DNA of 64,000 nt from an uncultured archaeon (GCA_964525635.1 CAZGJX010000008.1:1-64000), one strand, 5' to 3'. Shown: positions 41,145-51,697, counted from the stretch's first letter. Made by a program: numbers and translations. Notes: generated from the sequence alone by a model not told the origin.

Positions 41145-41735
41145 CTAACAATTAAATGGTTTACATAAAATTGCTTTTACTTTTAAATCCATAAATTCGC
41201 TTGTAGGTGCAGGTTTTATAAGGCAAACTGTATCTGCTCCTTTTCCTGTCCCTGCAATACAAAGAATATCTCGATTAAGATCAGCAATTAATCCGTTATC
41301 AACAGCCATTGTTGCTATTTCAATACAGACTTTAATTCCTTGACCAAATTGTTGTCTAATAACTTTAGCAAATAAATCTACAAAAATACAAGGTTCTTTA
41401 TTTATTCTAATACTTCTTTCAATCCCACTCATTGAATGAGTACCACTTATAAATCTTAATCCTTTTTCCTTTAATTCTTGCATTTTATTTTCATCAAATT
41501 CTTGCCTTATTGAACTTCCAGCAAAATAATAAGAATGTGTAACAATTATTAAGTTAAATAATTCAAGATTAAATTTTGCTAAAGCTTTCTCTGCCGTATT
41601 ACCTCTTGTACTTGCAATTACAATATCTTTAATATTAAATTGATTTGCATACTTATTGGCGATTTCCAAGGCTTTATCTGTATTTTCAAAACCTCGATTT
41701 TCAAAATAAGTTACTTCTAATTTTAAATCATTCAT
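41145..41735 (-). CDS. Pyruvate kinase C-terminal-like domain protein (COG1751 family)
   Basis: YFENRGFENT, VIASTRG, VTH, FGQGIKVCIEI, AGTGKGADT. Confidence 0.85.
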   Translation of the reverse strand: MNDLKLEVTYFENRGFENTDKALEIANKYANQFNIKDIVIASTRGNTAEKALAKFNLELFNLIIVTHSYYFAGSSIRQEFDENKMQELKEKGLRFISGTHSMSGIERSIRINKEPCIFVDLFAKVIRQQFGQGIKVCIEIATMAVDNGLIADLNRDILCIAGTGKGADTVCLIKPAPTSEFMDLKVKAILCKPFNC

Positions 41736-41809
41736 AAGAATTTATCAGTAATTTATATAATTATATTAAAATAAATTAACCTACAATATAATTTAACTTT
41801 TTAGATACA

Positions 41810-42745
41810 TCAAAATGGAAATCTACTCATTTTATCTATTGTCTCTGAATCATATTGAGTAACGGCATGTGAAGCAATTGGTACAATACAACCACAATTT
41901 TCACACAATAATGGACTATTTCCCATAACACAGAATTTTCTCCTTCCATTTGGATAATAACACTTTACACGATCCCTTTTGAAAATACATGAGGAAACAA
42001 ATTCTTTGTTAATATATAATTCCCACATTTTTTTTGAAATAAGTAGAAAATCTCCATATTCTCTCAATAATTTATAGATGGATTTCGTGACTTTTTTTAA
42101 TATTTCACCTTTAAGAAGTAGAGGGTCGTTAGGATATCCTGTATACGTTAAAAAGAATAACCCAGAAACTCCAATATCGTATCCTATTTTAACAACTTCT
42201 TGTATTTCTTTATAATTCATTTTTGTAATTGTTGTTGATATTAAGACTCTTTTATCATTCTTAATATTGTCAATAACTTTGTCAAATATGTTTGCTCCCC
42301 TTATTTTATTGTGAGTTTCTTTATTGCCATCAAGACTTACCCAATAAATAGGTTGTTTTTTAACCTTAAAGATAGGTAATTTGATTATTCCATTTGATGC
42401 TATCTGGACACTTGGGAATATTTCAACTGCTTTTTGTATCAAATTCATTCTTAAAGTTGGTTCACCTCCAGTTAGAGCGGCACTGCGTATACCTAATTTT
42501 CTATGATATTTAAAAATCTGAAGCCATTTTTGATCATCTAATTCATTATTATTTCCTGGGATTTTACCATAAAGTTCTTTAACAGAAGATTGAAAATAGC
42601 AATGGTTACATCTTAAATTACATTGCCAAGTTAAGTCATAATTAACTGCTATTGGAATCTTTAAAAACTGAGCTTTTAATAATTGTAGACCTAAAAGGCT
42701 TCCTCTTTTAAAAACATCTTTATTAAGATACTTTAATACATTCAC
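41810..42745 (-). CDS. Radical SAM protein
   Basis: CNLRCNHC, TGGEP, VSLDG, Cys-rich C-terminus. Confidence 0.9.
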   Translation of the reverse strand: MNVLKYLNKDVFKRGSLLGLQLLKAQFLKIPIAVNYDLTWQCNLRCNHCYFQSSVKELYGKIPGNNNELDDQKWLQIFKYHRKLGIRSAALTGGEPTLRMNLIQKAVEIFPSVQIASNGIIKLPIFKVKKQPIYWVSLDGNKETHNKIRGANIFDKVIDNIKNDKRVLISTTITKMNYKEIQEVVKIGYDIGVSGLFFLTYTGYPNDPLLLKGEILKKVTKSIYKLLREYGDFLLISKKMWELYINKEFVSSCIFKRDRVKCYYPNGRRKFCVMGNSPLLCENCGCIVPIASHAVTQYDSETIDKMSRFPF

Positions 42746-43027
42746 TTTTGATAACCATTAAATTAAAGTAATAAAAGAATCAAATTAATGATTTTAAACA
42801 AAAATAAAAACTTAATCATATTTAACTCTTTTTTAGAATTAAATAAATATTAATAAAAATATGTCACTAAAGTTGTTTTTTTTCAATAAAAGAAATATCA
42901 AGAATAGAAACATCAGTTTTTTATGGAAAAATTAATTATTTTTAAAAAATTAGTTTAATTATATTCATTTATATATAGTTAACTATACATGAAAAAAAAT
43001 AATTAAAATTACAGTGAGAAAATAAAA

Positions 43028-43312
43028 ATGCCTAAAGATAAGGATGAAAATGCTGTCTTTATTGGTCGAAGACCAACCATGAATTATGTAATGGCTGCAA
43101 TGATGATTTTAAATAAAGGAGAAGATGCAACAGTAAAAGCTAGAGGTAAAGCAATTTCCTATGCGGTAGATGTATGCGAGATTTTAAAGAATCGATTTCT
43201 TAAAGGTACAGAATATGGTGAAATTCGAATATCAACTGAAAACCTAAAGAATGAAAATGGTTCCACCAACAACGTTAGTTCCATTGAAATCGTACTCAGC
43301 GCACCTAAATAA
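43028..43312 (+). CDS. albA: Chromatin protein Alba
   Basis: VFIGRRPTMNYV, VKARGKAISYAVDV, VSSIEIVL. Confidence 0.93.
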   Translation: MPKDKDENAVFIGRRPTMNYVMAAMMILNKGEDATVKARGKAISYAVDVCEILKNRFLKGTEYGEIRISTENLKNENGSTNNVSSIEIVLSAPK

Positions 43313-43488
43313 GAAAATTTCAATGAAATTCGTTATACTACTGATTCTCCATAATATTTTCTTTTTTTATTTTTAAGAAATTGGATTCAACATTCCAACA
43401 GAAATATTTAAATTTTTTTCTGTATGTTTAAAACTTAAGAACTCCCATTTTTTCACTTATAAAAAAACTAAAATAATAATAATCCAAA

Positions 43489-44460
43489 ATGCCTGAAAGT
43501 AATGCTATTTTAAACGATATTAATCGTGTTTTCATTCCATGTAGAACCATTTTAGAAATGGAAGTTTTAACATCTCTTTTTTTAGAGAGAAAGAATTACT
43601 CTAAAATTAAAGATATCCCAAACTCACATCCTTCAAGTAAAAAATTAATAAAGTTGTACAACGTTAAGAGCATCGATTCCTTAGAAAGAATAATAAAACA
43701 CTTTATTGATGTTATTGTAAAGAAATTAAAACCCATAGTTATGTATCAACGGAACTTCCATGATAGATTCAGAATGGGAAATATTGTTGCCAATTCAAAA
43801 ACACGCTTATGTTTATTATTAGCATTGCATCGTTTAAAGATAAAATTTCTAATCATAATGGATTTCCTTGAGAAATTTAAAAGAGATCGATTTAGTTTAA
43901 TTAAATTTCAAACACTTAATGTCATAGACTTGAATTTTACAGAAGTTTTTTATGATTATTATTGTGAAAAAAATAAAATGAATTTAAAATTAATGCTTTC
44001 GACCAAACGAACATCAGAAAGAGTAAGTAGATTAATAGATCAATCTAAAACAATTACTAGTGACGATATAATTAATGCTCTTTGTTTCAAATCCCATATA
44101 AACGATAACGACCGAATAAAGTTTGTTATGAGAGAGATTAAAGCTTCAATCTTCATATGTAAAATTATGTTTGCAAAAATGGATGTTTATCATCCTTTCT
44201 CAATAGGAAAAGAACTTGATATTGATTATGAAGAAATGATGGTTAGCCAAGATTTTATACCCGTATTAGTACCAGCATTAGGTAAATGTATGTTAGAAAA
44301 AAATTTTTCACAACTTGAACAATGTATTCAAGCTTTTAATTTTATGATAAAAAACGCACTAGATGGTATTAATTACGCAATTGAAATTGCTACTGGTGGA
44401 GCGGTTGTTTTAGAACAAAATGAGATGATTTTTACAACAGGTAATATATTTAATGTGTGA
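43489..44460 (+). CDS. Hypothetical protein (soluble, largely helical)
   Basis: 323-aa ORF; no motif recognised. Confidence 0.6.
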   Translation: MPESNAILNDINRVFIPCRTILEMEVLTSLFLERKNYSKIKDIPNSHPSSKKLIKLYNVKSIDSLERIIKHFIDVIVKKLKPIVMYQRNFHDRFRMGNIVANSKTRLCLLLALHRLKIKFLIIMDFLEKFKRDRFSLIKFQTLNVIDLNFTEVFYDYYCEKNKMNLKLMLSTKRTSERVSRLIDQSKTITSDDIINALCFKSHINDNDRIKFVMREIKASIFICKIMFAKMDVYHPFSIGKELDIDYEEMMVSQDFIPVLVPALGKCMLEKNFSQLEQCIQAFNFMIKNALDGINYAIEIATGGAVVLEQNEMIFTTGNIFNV

Positions 44461-44599
44461 AATACATCTATTTAAAAAGAGGAGCTTCCTACACATTCTC
44501 AACCGTTTCGACTTGATATTTAAATTTAAATCTTACAATTCAAGTTAATTATATAAATAAATCATTATAATTTAGAGGCCTGTGGATTCGCTCTATAAT

Positions 44600-45646
44600 T
44601 TAATAAAGATCTATAGACTTATAGATTTCTCTTGCAATAGAAGAAAACATGTCCATAACATTTTTTCCTGTTAAAGCTGAAGTTTCAATATATTTTAAAT
44701 TCAGTTCGTTTGCTAACTCCATTGCTAATTTTCTGTTTACTTTTCTTTTTTCTTTAAGATCATTTTTATTACCAATTAGATAACCGATTATTTTGAACCG
44801 TCCTTTTAAATTATTCTCAATATCCTGGTACCATTGTTTAATTTTCTCAAAAGATTTATAATTTGTTAAATCAAACACCAATAACACCCCTTCGGCTCCT
44901 TGGTAAAAGTGTATCCGCATTTTGGAAAATTTACTCTGCCCGGCAATATCCCATAGAACGAGTTTTATAATCTTTTCATCAACTTTAAATGCCTTTTGAG
45001 TTACATTTACTCCTAGTGTTGGTATATAAGTTCTAGTAAATGCATTATTGGTAAATCTTAATATTGTTGATGTTTTTCCTACTCTTGGATCACCACACAC
45101 AACTATTTTAAATTTATAATCAATGATTTCATCTCTTAAATCTTCTAATCCTGGGAATTCTTCAGATTGGCCTCGTATAAGTTCTTTATCTCTCAGGTCC
45201 TGTAATACATATCTTAATTTAATTTCTAAATTATTCACTTCTTCTTTGATTTTCTTTACATCATTATTTAATAATTCTAAATTTATTATTTTAATAATTA
45301 TTTCATCGAAAACTGATTCTAAATATTCTCTTGCTTTATAAAAAATTAAGTCATCTGCTTCATGAAATAATAGAATTATAGCTGATCTACCAAAGTATCC
45401 TCTTCTGGTTTTATCAGTCCATTTTAAAAATTTAATCATTCCTTTTAAATTTCGTGATGGAAAGGGTAATATAATTAATTCCTTGGGAATATAACTTTCT
45501 TCGCCAGTAAGTAGGGAAACTGCTTTAATACCACATAGAATCCTCAGTTGTTCATCTAAATTAGAGGGACTCCACACTAGTGGGTTTGTTCCTTTTATAT
45601 CGTGAAATTCTATATATATTATCCCTTTTATTAAACTTTCTATCAT
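44600..45646 (-). CDS. Rab-like small GTPase with N-terminal longin/uDENN-like domain
   Basis: G1 GDPRVGKTS, G2 PTLG, G3 WDIAGQ, G4 NKND, G5 ETSA; N-terminus IIYIEFHDIKGTNP. Confidence 0.88.
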   Translation of the reverse strand: MIESLIKGIIYIEFHDIKGTNPLVWSPSNLDEQLRILCGIKAVSLLTGEESYIPKELIILPFPSRNLKGMIKFLKWTDKTRRGYFGRSAIILLFHEADDLIFYKAREYLESVFDEIIIKIINLELLNNDVKKIKEEVNNLEIKLRYVLQDLRDKELIRGQSEEFPGLEDLRDEIIDYKFKIVVCGDPRVGKTSTILRFTNNAFTRTYIPTLGVNVTQKAFKVDEKIIKLVLWDIAGQSKFSKMRIHFYQGAEGVLLVFDLTNYKSFEKIKQWYQDIENNLKGRFKIIGYLIGNKNDLKEKRKVNRKLAMELANELNLKYIETSALTGKNVMDMFSSIAREIYKSIDLY

Positions 45647-45937
45647 TTCAAGTTATCTCTTCATTAAATTTGAGTATTAATGCTATTCTATGCTTATTTT
45701 TATTTTTTTAATAATCTTAAATATATTTTAATTTATTAAAATTGTAATTTAAAAATATTTATCGTATTTATTTAAAATAAAGATATAAGATTATCTATAT
45801 ATATATTAGTGCTATCGATTACTTAATTGATGTTTTTCTAATTACATCTATAAATTTTTATTTAAAATCAATTTTTGCTTTATAATAATAAGCTAATTCC
45901 TAAATTTAACTTAAATAATGAAAATGTATTTATAGAT

Positions 45938-46219
45938 TTAATCTTTAATGTTTTCCAGTAGAGATAATATTCTATAAATTGTTGTTCTTGCGTGAAAGGG
46001 AATATTAGGGTCTTGAGATAAATCATCTACTAAATATATAACATTACTAGCGATAACACCGGGAGTTTCCTCTTCCTTATGTAATTCATTAATTCCTTCC
46101 TGTGCTATTCTCTTTATATTTCTAGGAACAGAACGATCTTTCATCATTCCATTTAATAATTTCTCAACATTATCAAATGCTTTTAAAATATCTTCTGTAA
46201 ATCCCTTTTCCCTTGACAT
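45938..46219 (-). CDS. UPF0147 family protein
   Basis: DRSVPRNIKR; DPNIPFHARTTI. Confidence 0.9.
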   Translation of the reverse strand: MSREKGFTEDILKAFDNVEKLLNGMMKDRSVPRNIKRIAQEGINELHKEEETPGVIASNVIYLVDDLSQDPNIPFHARTTIYRILSLLENIKD

Positions 46220-46469
46220 TTTTAAATCCCTTTATATGATTTACTTTTAAATTAATATTTTTATTTTAAATCTTGATATTGAATATTAAAAATAAAATTT
46301 ATTTTTTTTCCTTTTTAAAACTAAAATAACAAAAATAAGTAAATTTAATGAAAGAGATATTTATTAGAATTATTGATATATTGGAAGTTTTTATAATTAA
46401 TTATAATAAATGAAAAAACAATTTTTATATAAAACATAATAATGAATTCTACTTATAAACTAATTTATG

Positions 46470-46997
46470 TTAATTAATACTTAAAAATTTTTCAAATATT
46501 TTATAATCTTCTTGGGTATATAAACATATAATTACTTTCTCAATGTTAGTAGTTTTTTTTTTCAAATATTTTTTTATAGTAGAAATCATTATTTTTGCAC
46601 ATCTCTGAATTGGAAAACCAAAAATTCCAGTAGATATAGCGGGGAAAGTTATCGATTTAAGATGATATTCCTCCATAAGTTTAAGGCTGTTTAATACAGC
46701 ATTTTTCAATTTAATATCTTCATTTCCTTCACCCATTTTTGGTCCTGCAGCATGTATAACATAATTTGCTTTTAATTTTCCACCATTAGTTATGACCGCC
46801 TGTCCAACTAAAATAGGAGCCTTCTCAATTGCTTCTTCTTGAATTTTGGAACCTCCCTTTCTTAGAATTGCCCCAGCTACACCTCCCCCCATAATTAATT
46901 GAGTATTTGCTGGATTTACAATCACATCAGTACTAAATTCTGTAATATCACCTTCGATAATTTCAATTTCAGAATTATTTATTGTTATTTCCTTCAT
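46470..46997 (-). CDS. Macro domain (ADP-ribose binding/hydrolase) protein
   Basis: GDIT, IVNPAN, GGGVAGAI, VIHA, FPAISTGIFGFP. Confidence 0.93.
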   Translation of the reverse strand: MKEITINNSEIEIIEGDITEFSTDVIVNPANTQLIMGGGVAGAILRKGGSKIQEEAIEKAPILVGQAVITNGGKLKANYVIHAAGPKMGEGNEDIKLKNAVLNSLKLMEEYHLKSITFPAISTGIFGFPIQRCAKIMISTIKKYLKKKTTNIEKVIICLYTQEDYKIFEKFLSIN

Positions 46998-47063
46998 TTT
47001 CTATTTAAATATATGAATTTTTAGCATTTTTATTTTAAATATAAATGATAATAAAAAAAAAAC

Positions 47064-47768
47064 TTAATTTTCATTGGTTTCTTTAGATTTTTTGAAAATT
47101 TCATCAAGTTTCGCCCGATCTTCATCAGTCATCTTACTCATTGCTTCCATATTTTGACGCATCAAATCCATAACAACTTTTCGAGATAAAATTTGATTAA
47201 AGACAGGTAAAGAAATTCTTATACGAGTTAACTCATAATTCATTTTTTGAGCTATATCTCTCATATCTTTTAATTCTTCCTTAGACATTCCTTCTTCACC
47301 TATGCCAGGGCAATCAGTATCGACAATCGTAAAGTTTGTGCCATTATATTCTAAAGGATAAGTTCGACAACTTAAAGGGCGATTTTCATAAACTAAACAT
47401 TCTTTTTTTTCCTTATTATATAAAGGACATTTCTCTTCCAATAGATCTTCGATAGAAGTTCCTTTAAGAATATTATCTGCATTTTTTTCATCTTTCTCTT
47501 GAGATAGAAAGGGTTTTAAGATAAGATCCATGGTTCCATTAGAATTGGTATTTATTTCCAAATATGAGAAAAAGTTTTCTAAAACACCATTTCTTGCCCA
47601 TGTTTCAAGATCCCATTGAGTTATTGGGATAGGTCCTCGTTTAAGACAACAAGCGTCACAACGAGTACATTTAAAAGTAAATTTTACTTTTTTTTTCTTG
47701 GATTCTTCATCGAAATCTTTTTTTTCCTCATTAATTTCCTTTGATTCTTCTTCTTTTTCATCTGACAT
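47064..47768 (-). CDS. YkgJ family cysteine-cluster protein
   Basis: CTRCDACC, CPLY, CLVYENRPLSCRTYP. Confidence 0.88.
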   Translation of the reverse strand: MSDEKEEESKEINEEKKDFDEESKKKKVKFTFKCTRCDACCLKRGPIPITQWDLETWARNGVLENFFSYLEINTNSNGTMDLILKPFLSQEKDEKNADNILKGTSIEDLLEEKCPLYNKEKKECLVYENRPLSCRTYPLEYNGTNFTIVDTDCPGIGEEGMSKEELKDMRDIAQKMNYELTRIRISLPVFNQILSRKVVMDLMRQNMEAMSKMTDEDRAKLDEIFKKSKETNEN

Positions 47769-47916
47769 ATAGATTTCTCTTTAACTTTTATTCAGATCGA
47801 GAATATTAAATTATTTTTCATTTCTGTTTATTATTCATTTTAAAAAAAGTTTATTCATAAATATTATTAAATCCTCTATATTTTAAGATATAAAATTCAA
47901 ATGGTTTTTTTAAGTC

Positions 47917-49005
47917 ATGTCTTTTAATGAAGATTTTATACTTATTAAAAAATTAACTGAAACTCAAAGTTGCAGTGGGAATGAAAATAAAATACGTGAA
48001 CTGATTATAGAAAATGTCAAAAATGATTGCGACAAATTAGAAGTTGATTATTTAGGTAATTTATTTTGTTATATATATGGAGAAGCAAGTACAACAAATA
48101 AAAAACTTAACATATTGCTAGATTCCCATATGGATGAAATTGGATTTATTGTTCGGTTTATAGATAAAAAAGGATTCATTAGATTTTCTCAAGTAGGAGC
48201 CCAAAATCTAAGGATTTTACCTGGTCAAACAGTAACTATTCATTCTAATTCAGGTGAAGATATTATCGGAATAATCGGTGAAAAACCTATTCATTTATTA
48301 AATAATGAAGAAAGGAAGAAAGTAAACAAAGCTGATGATTTATTTATTGATATAGGAATGTCAAGTGATAAAGAAGTGAAAAAATATATTGCTGTTGGAG
48401 ATTATATAACTTTAAAGCAAGAATGCATTTCATTTACGGGAAAAAAGAGAATATTTTCAAAAGCTTTTGACGACAGAGCTGGATGTTTTATACTTATTAA
48501 ATTAATTAAAGAATTTATTCATCTTAAAAAAGATCTAGATAAAAATATTATATTTTTATTCGCATCCCAAGAAGAAATTGGTGTAAGAGGTGCGACAGTA
48601 GGTTCTTATAAAATTGATCCTGATATTGGAATTGCGGTCGAAGTAACCCACTCAATTGATTACCCTGGAATAAGTAAGGAAAAATATTATGACTGTTCTT
48701 TAGGATCTGGTGCTTCAATTAGTATAGGTCCCAATATATTTCCAAAACTATCAAAAACCTTTATTAATATTGCAAAAGAAGAAAATATACCCTATATTCT
48801 AGAAGCAGAGCCTCGTCAAGCCCCTAATGATGCAAGAGCAATCCAAATCACTAAAAAGGGAATTCCATCATCGATTATATCTGTCCCATTGAGATACATG
48901 CATACAAATATCGAAACTATAGAATATGAGGATATTTTAAGTTGTATAAAACTATTAAAAATGTTCCTCTTGATGGATTTATGCAATATTCTAAACTATG
49001 AGTAA
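47917..49005 (+). CDS. M42 family aminopeptidase
   Basis: SHMDEIG, KAFDDRAG, QEEIGVRGA, RYMHT. Confidence 0.93.
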   Translation: MSFNEDFILIKKLTETQSCSGNENKIRELIIENVKNDCDKLEVDYLGNLFCYIYGEASTTNKKLNILLDSHMDEIGFIVRFIDKKGFIRFSQVGAQNLRILPGQTVTIHSNSGEDIIGIIGEKPIHLLNNEERKKVNKADDLFIDIGMSSDKEVKKYIAVGDYITLKQECISFTGKKRIFSKAFDDRAGCFILIKLIKEFIHLKKDLDKNIIFLFASQEEIGVRGATVGSYKIDPDIGIAVEVTHSIDYPGISKEKYYDCSLGSGASISIGPNIFPKLSKTFINIAKEENIPYILEAEPRQAPNDARAIQITKKGIPSSIISVPLRYMHTNIETIEYEDILSCIKLLKMFLLMDLCNILNYE

Positions 49006-49014
49006 TATTTAAGA

Positions 49015-49614
49015 TTAATCTGATATAAAAAGTTCTTTTTTTTTTATCATCTTTCCTAAGTTTACCAATGCTGTTTCTATCAATTCTTTTTTATTAATTC
49101 CAGTTAGTACCACCTTTCCAGTACTAAATATTAAGAAAACAGAAGTGAATGGTTTATAAATTTTATATATTATTCCAGGAAAAATCTCCGGTTCATACAT
49201 AGCATTCTCAAGTTTTAAAGATGCTAAATTGAGATCAATATTTCGAAAATAATTAGCTGTAATGACAATATTCACTACCTCTGTTTTAATTGAATTAATA
49301 TCTATATTTATATCAAAAGTATGTTCCTTATTTAACATTGATATAAGTCTTTCAACTACTATATTGATATGTTCAAAATGGATTAAACCTGTTAAGATAA
49401 TATTGCCATTTTTAAATATTATCACAACACATTTAGGTTTTAGAAATCTCATGAAGAGTCCAGGAAAATTTTTAGAATTATAATTTGAGTTTTCTATTTT
49501 TTTGAAAATAAGATTTAGATCGATAATTTTATGTAAGCTAGATTTAACTACAATATTTTGAATAGTATAAGTTAATTCATTATTTTTCTCTTCTGAGATT
49601 CCTTCAACTGCCAT
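49015..49614 (-). CDS. tbp: TATA-box binding protein (divergent paralog)
   Basis: Two repeats: NIV...FPGL...IFKNGNIILTG and NIV...YEPEIFPGIIY...LIFSTGKVVLTG. Confidence 0.9.
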   Translation of the reverse strand: MAVEGISEEKNNELTYTIQNIVVKSSLHKIIDLNLIFKKIENSNYNSKNFPGLFMRFLKPKCVVIIFKNGNIILTGLIHFEHINIVVERLISMLNKEHTFDINIDINSIKTEVVNIVITANYFRNIDLNLASLKLENAMYEPEIFPGIIYKIYKPFTSVFLIFSTGKVVLTGINKKELIETALVNLGKMIKKKELFISD

Positions 49615-49885
49615 TAAATTTCATTTATTAGAAAATTAGGTGTAATAATTATATAAAAATAATTAGGACAGCATTATATTTAATTCTTGGTTTCAATATT
49701 TTTTAGATTATGAATATTAAAAATCCAGACAAAAAGAATGTGTTGTTTGAATTTTGTAATAATTTATCTATATTTATCATTCCCAAATTATATTTAAAAT
49801 ATGTTTAATAAATATTCCAAGTAAATTTTTTAATTATTATAAATTTAAATTTGTACAAGTTAACAAAATTAGAATTGACTATTTT

Positions 49886-51598
49886 ATGAAAAAAGGATTA
49901 CTAAAAAAAATATTATTTGCTGTTCTTTATTCTTTAAATTTAATTATAGGTTTCTTTATTGGCTATTTTCAAGCAGAATCACAATCAGAAATATCATTAA
50001 TTTCATTTAGTATAGTTCTTCCAGTTTTATTATTAATTATCATAATTCTAACTATTTTATTTATGAAAGGAAATCGAATTAAAACAAAATATGTTATTTA
50101 TATTTTAATTTATTTCATATTAAACTTATTTTTTGGGCTTGTAATTGGTTTCAGTATACCACTAATGACGGGATTTAATCCTGAGAATATGGGGTATGTT
50201 ATGATTCCTTTATTATGTGTACTAAATTATAATATAGTTGATAGATTGGATATCTATATTAAAGAAAATCTATCCCCTGATAAATTAAATAAAGATCTAG
50301 ATAAAGGAGAAGAATTAGTTACAGATAAACCTAGGCAAGATTTTTATAGAAAAAGGAATTTTTTGAGGAATTTAGGATTTTGGGGATTATTTTCAGGAAA
50401 TTTATTGTTAGCATTTATCTTTGGTTATATTATAAGTAGAATTTTTCCATCTATCCCATATCTTTTAACTCTATTGATTCTTTTAATCCCATTTTCTATT
50501 ATTATAGCTATTTTAACTAAACTAATTATAAAAGGAAATCAAATAGAAATAAAATATAAATGCTATATATTTGTTTATTTTCTATCCAATCTTATAGTTG
50601 CCTTTTTAATTGGTTATAACTTAGCTATTGTAGATATAAAAGATGTAGAAATAATTGGATATTTGATGATCCCTCTGTTATGTCTAATTAATCTTAGTAT
50701 AATTAATAGGTTAGATTTATATATAAAAGACCATAGTTCTTTAAATGGAGAGAACAATGAGCTAATAACTAGAAAATTACCTATAATTGAATATGAAGGA
50801 AAAAACTATATTTTTTCAATTGAATCTTTAATTATATTAGGAATAGGAGCTCCATTTTTAGTTTTATTAATCTATTTCTTCTTTGCATGGGAATGGAACT
50901 ATTGGTTACATGAAATTGTTATAAAACAAACAACATTTTTCTTAAATTGGTTTTTTGACATGGGAGTTACTTTAATATATCTCCCAGGAGAATATAATCC
51001 TTGGAAGTTTAATATACCCGGTACACCAAATATAATCAGCTTAGAAACATTTTGCACCGGAATTCAAGCAATATGTATTTTTGTAGGGATCTTTCTTTTA
51101 ACTCCACATTCAAAAGATACAAAAACTAGACAAAGCACAATCTGGAGAAAAGTAAAAGGAATTATTATCTCATCGATAATATTTTATGTTGTTAATATAC
51201 TTCGAATGATTATTCAACTATATCTCTATTACCTTGGATATCCATGGAATGATATACATTATTCAATAAGCGTGGCAAGCTCATTTATCGCAGCAGTAAT
51301 TGTTTTATTGATGCATAAATGGGTTCCAGAATTTATACTTAGTTTTATTTACGTCTTCAGTCTTATAAAGGGAGGTTCTAAACCTAAAAATAAAAAAGTA
51401 AAAGTCTTAGTATGCTCAAATTGTAGTGCAGTTGCTATAAATTTAAAACAAAAAACTTGTCAGAATTGTGGATTAATGTTAGTTAAATCAACTGGTATTA
51501 AATGCTCTGAATGTGGAACTATATCTCCTAATAAAGAACAACTAGTTTGTGAAAAATGTGGGGCAGAGATACGTAGTCTAAAAAAACGCAAGAATTAA
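49886..51598 (+). CDS. Archaeosortase/exosortase-family transpeptidase with duplicated N-terminal membrane domain and C-terminal double zinc ribbon
   Basis: Catalytic Cys (FCTG), Arg (NILRM), His (DIHY); two ~120-aa hydrophobic repeats ending MIPLLC...RLD(I/L)YIK; CSNC/CQNC/CSEC/CEKC. Confidence 0.85.
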   Translation: MKKGLLKKILFAVLYSLNLIIGFFIGYFQAESQSEISLISFSIVLPVLLLIIIILTILFMKGNRIKTKYVIYILIYFILNLFFGLVIGFSIPLMTGFNPENMGYVMIPLLCVLNYNIVDRLDIYIKENLSPDKLNKDLDKGEELVTDKPRQDFYRKRNFLRNLGFWGLFSGNLLLAFIFGYIISRIFPSIPYLLTLLILLIPFSIIIAILTKLIIKGNQIEIKYKCYIFVYFLSNLIVAFLIGYNLAIVDIKDVEIIGYLMIPLLCLINLSIINRLDLYIKDHSSLNGENNELITRKLPIIEYEGKNYIFSIESLIILGIGAPFLVLLIYFFFAWEWNYWLHEIVIKQTTFFLNWFFDMGVTLIYLPGEYNPWKFNIPGTPNIISLETFCTGIQAICIFVGIFLLTPHSKDTKTRQSTIWRKVKGIIISSIIFYVVNILRMIIQLYLYYLGYPWNDIHYSISVASSFIAAVIVLLMHKWVPEFILSFIYVFSLIKGGSKPKNKKVKVLVCSNCSAVAINLKQKTCQNCGLMLVKSTGIKCSECGTISPNKEQLVCEKCGAEIRSLKKRKN

Positions 51599-51697
51599 TT
51601 ATTATTTTTTTAATTTATTAAAAAAAAACCAAAAACTAATTAAACTTTATCAATTAGCATTAAACATCTTATGTTCAAATAATAATTAAAATATATT

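Noticed and set aside
39488-43312. Functional link between the HDAC-family gene and Alba
   Set aside because: Different transcription units on opposite strands, and this Alba lacks the relevant lysines; proximity alone is insufficient
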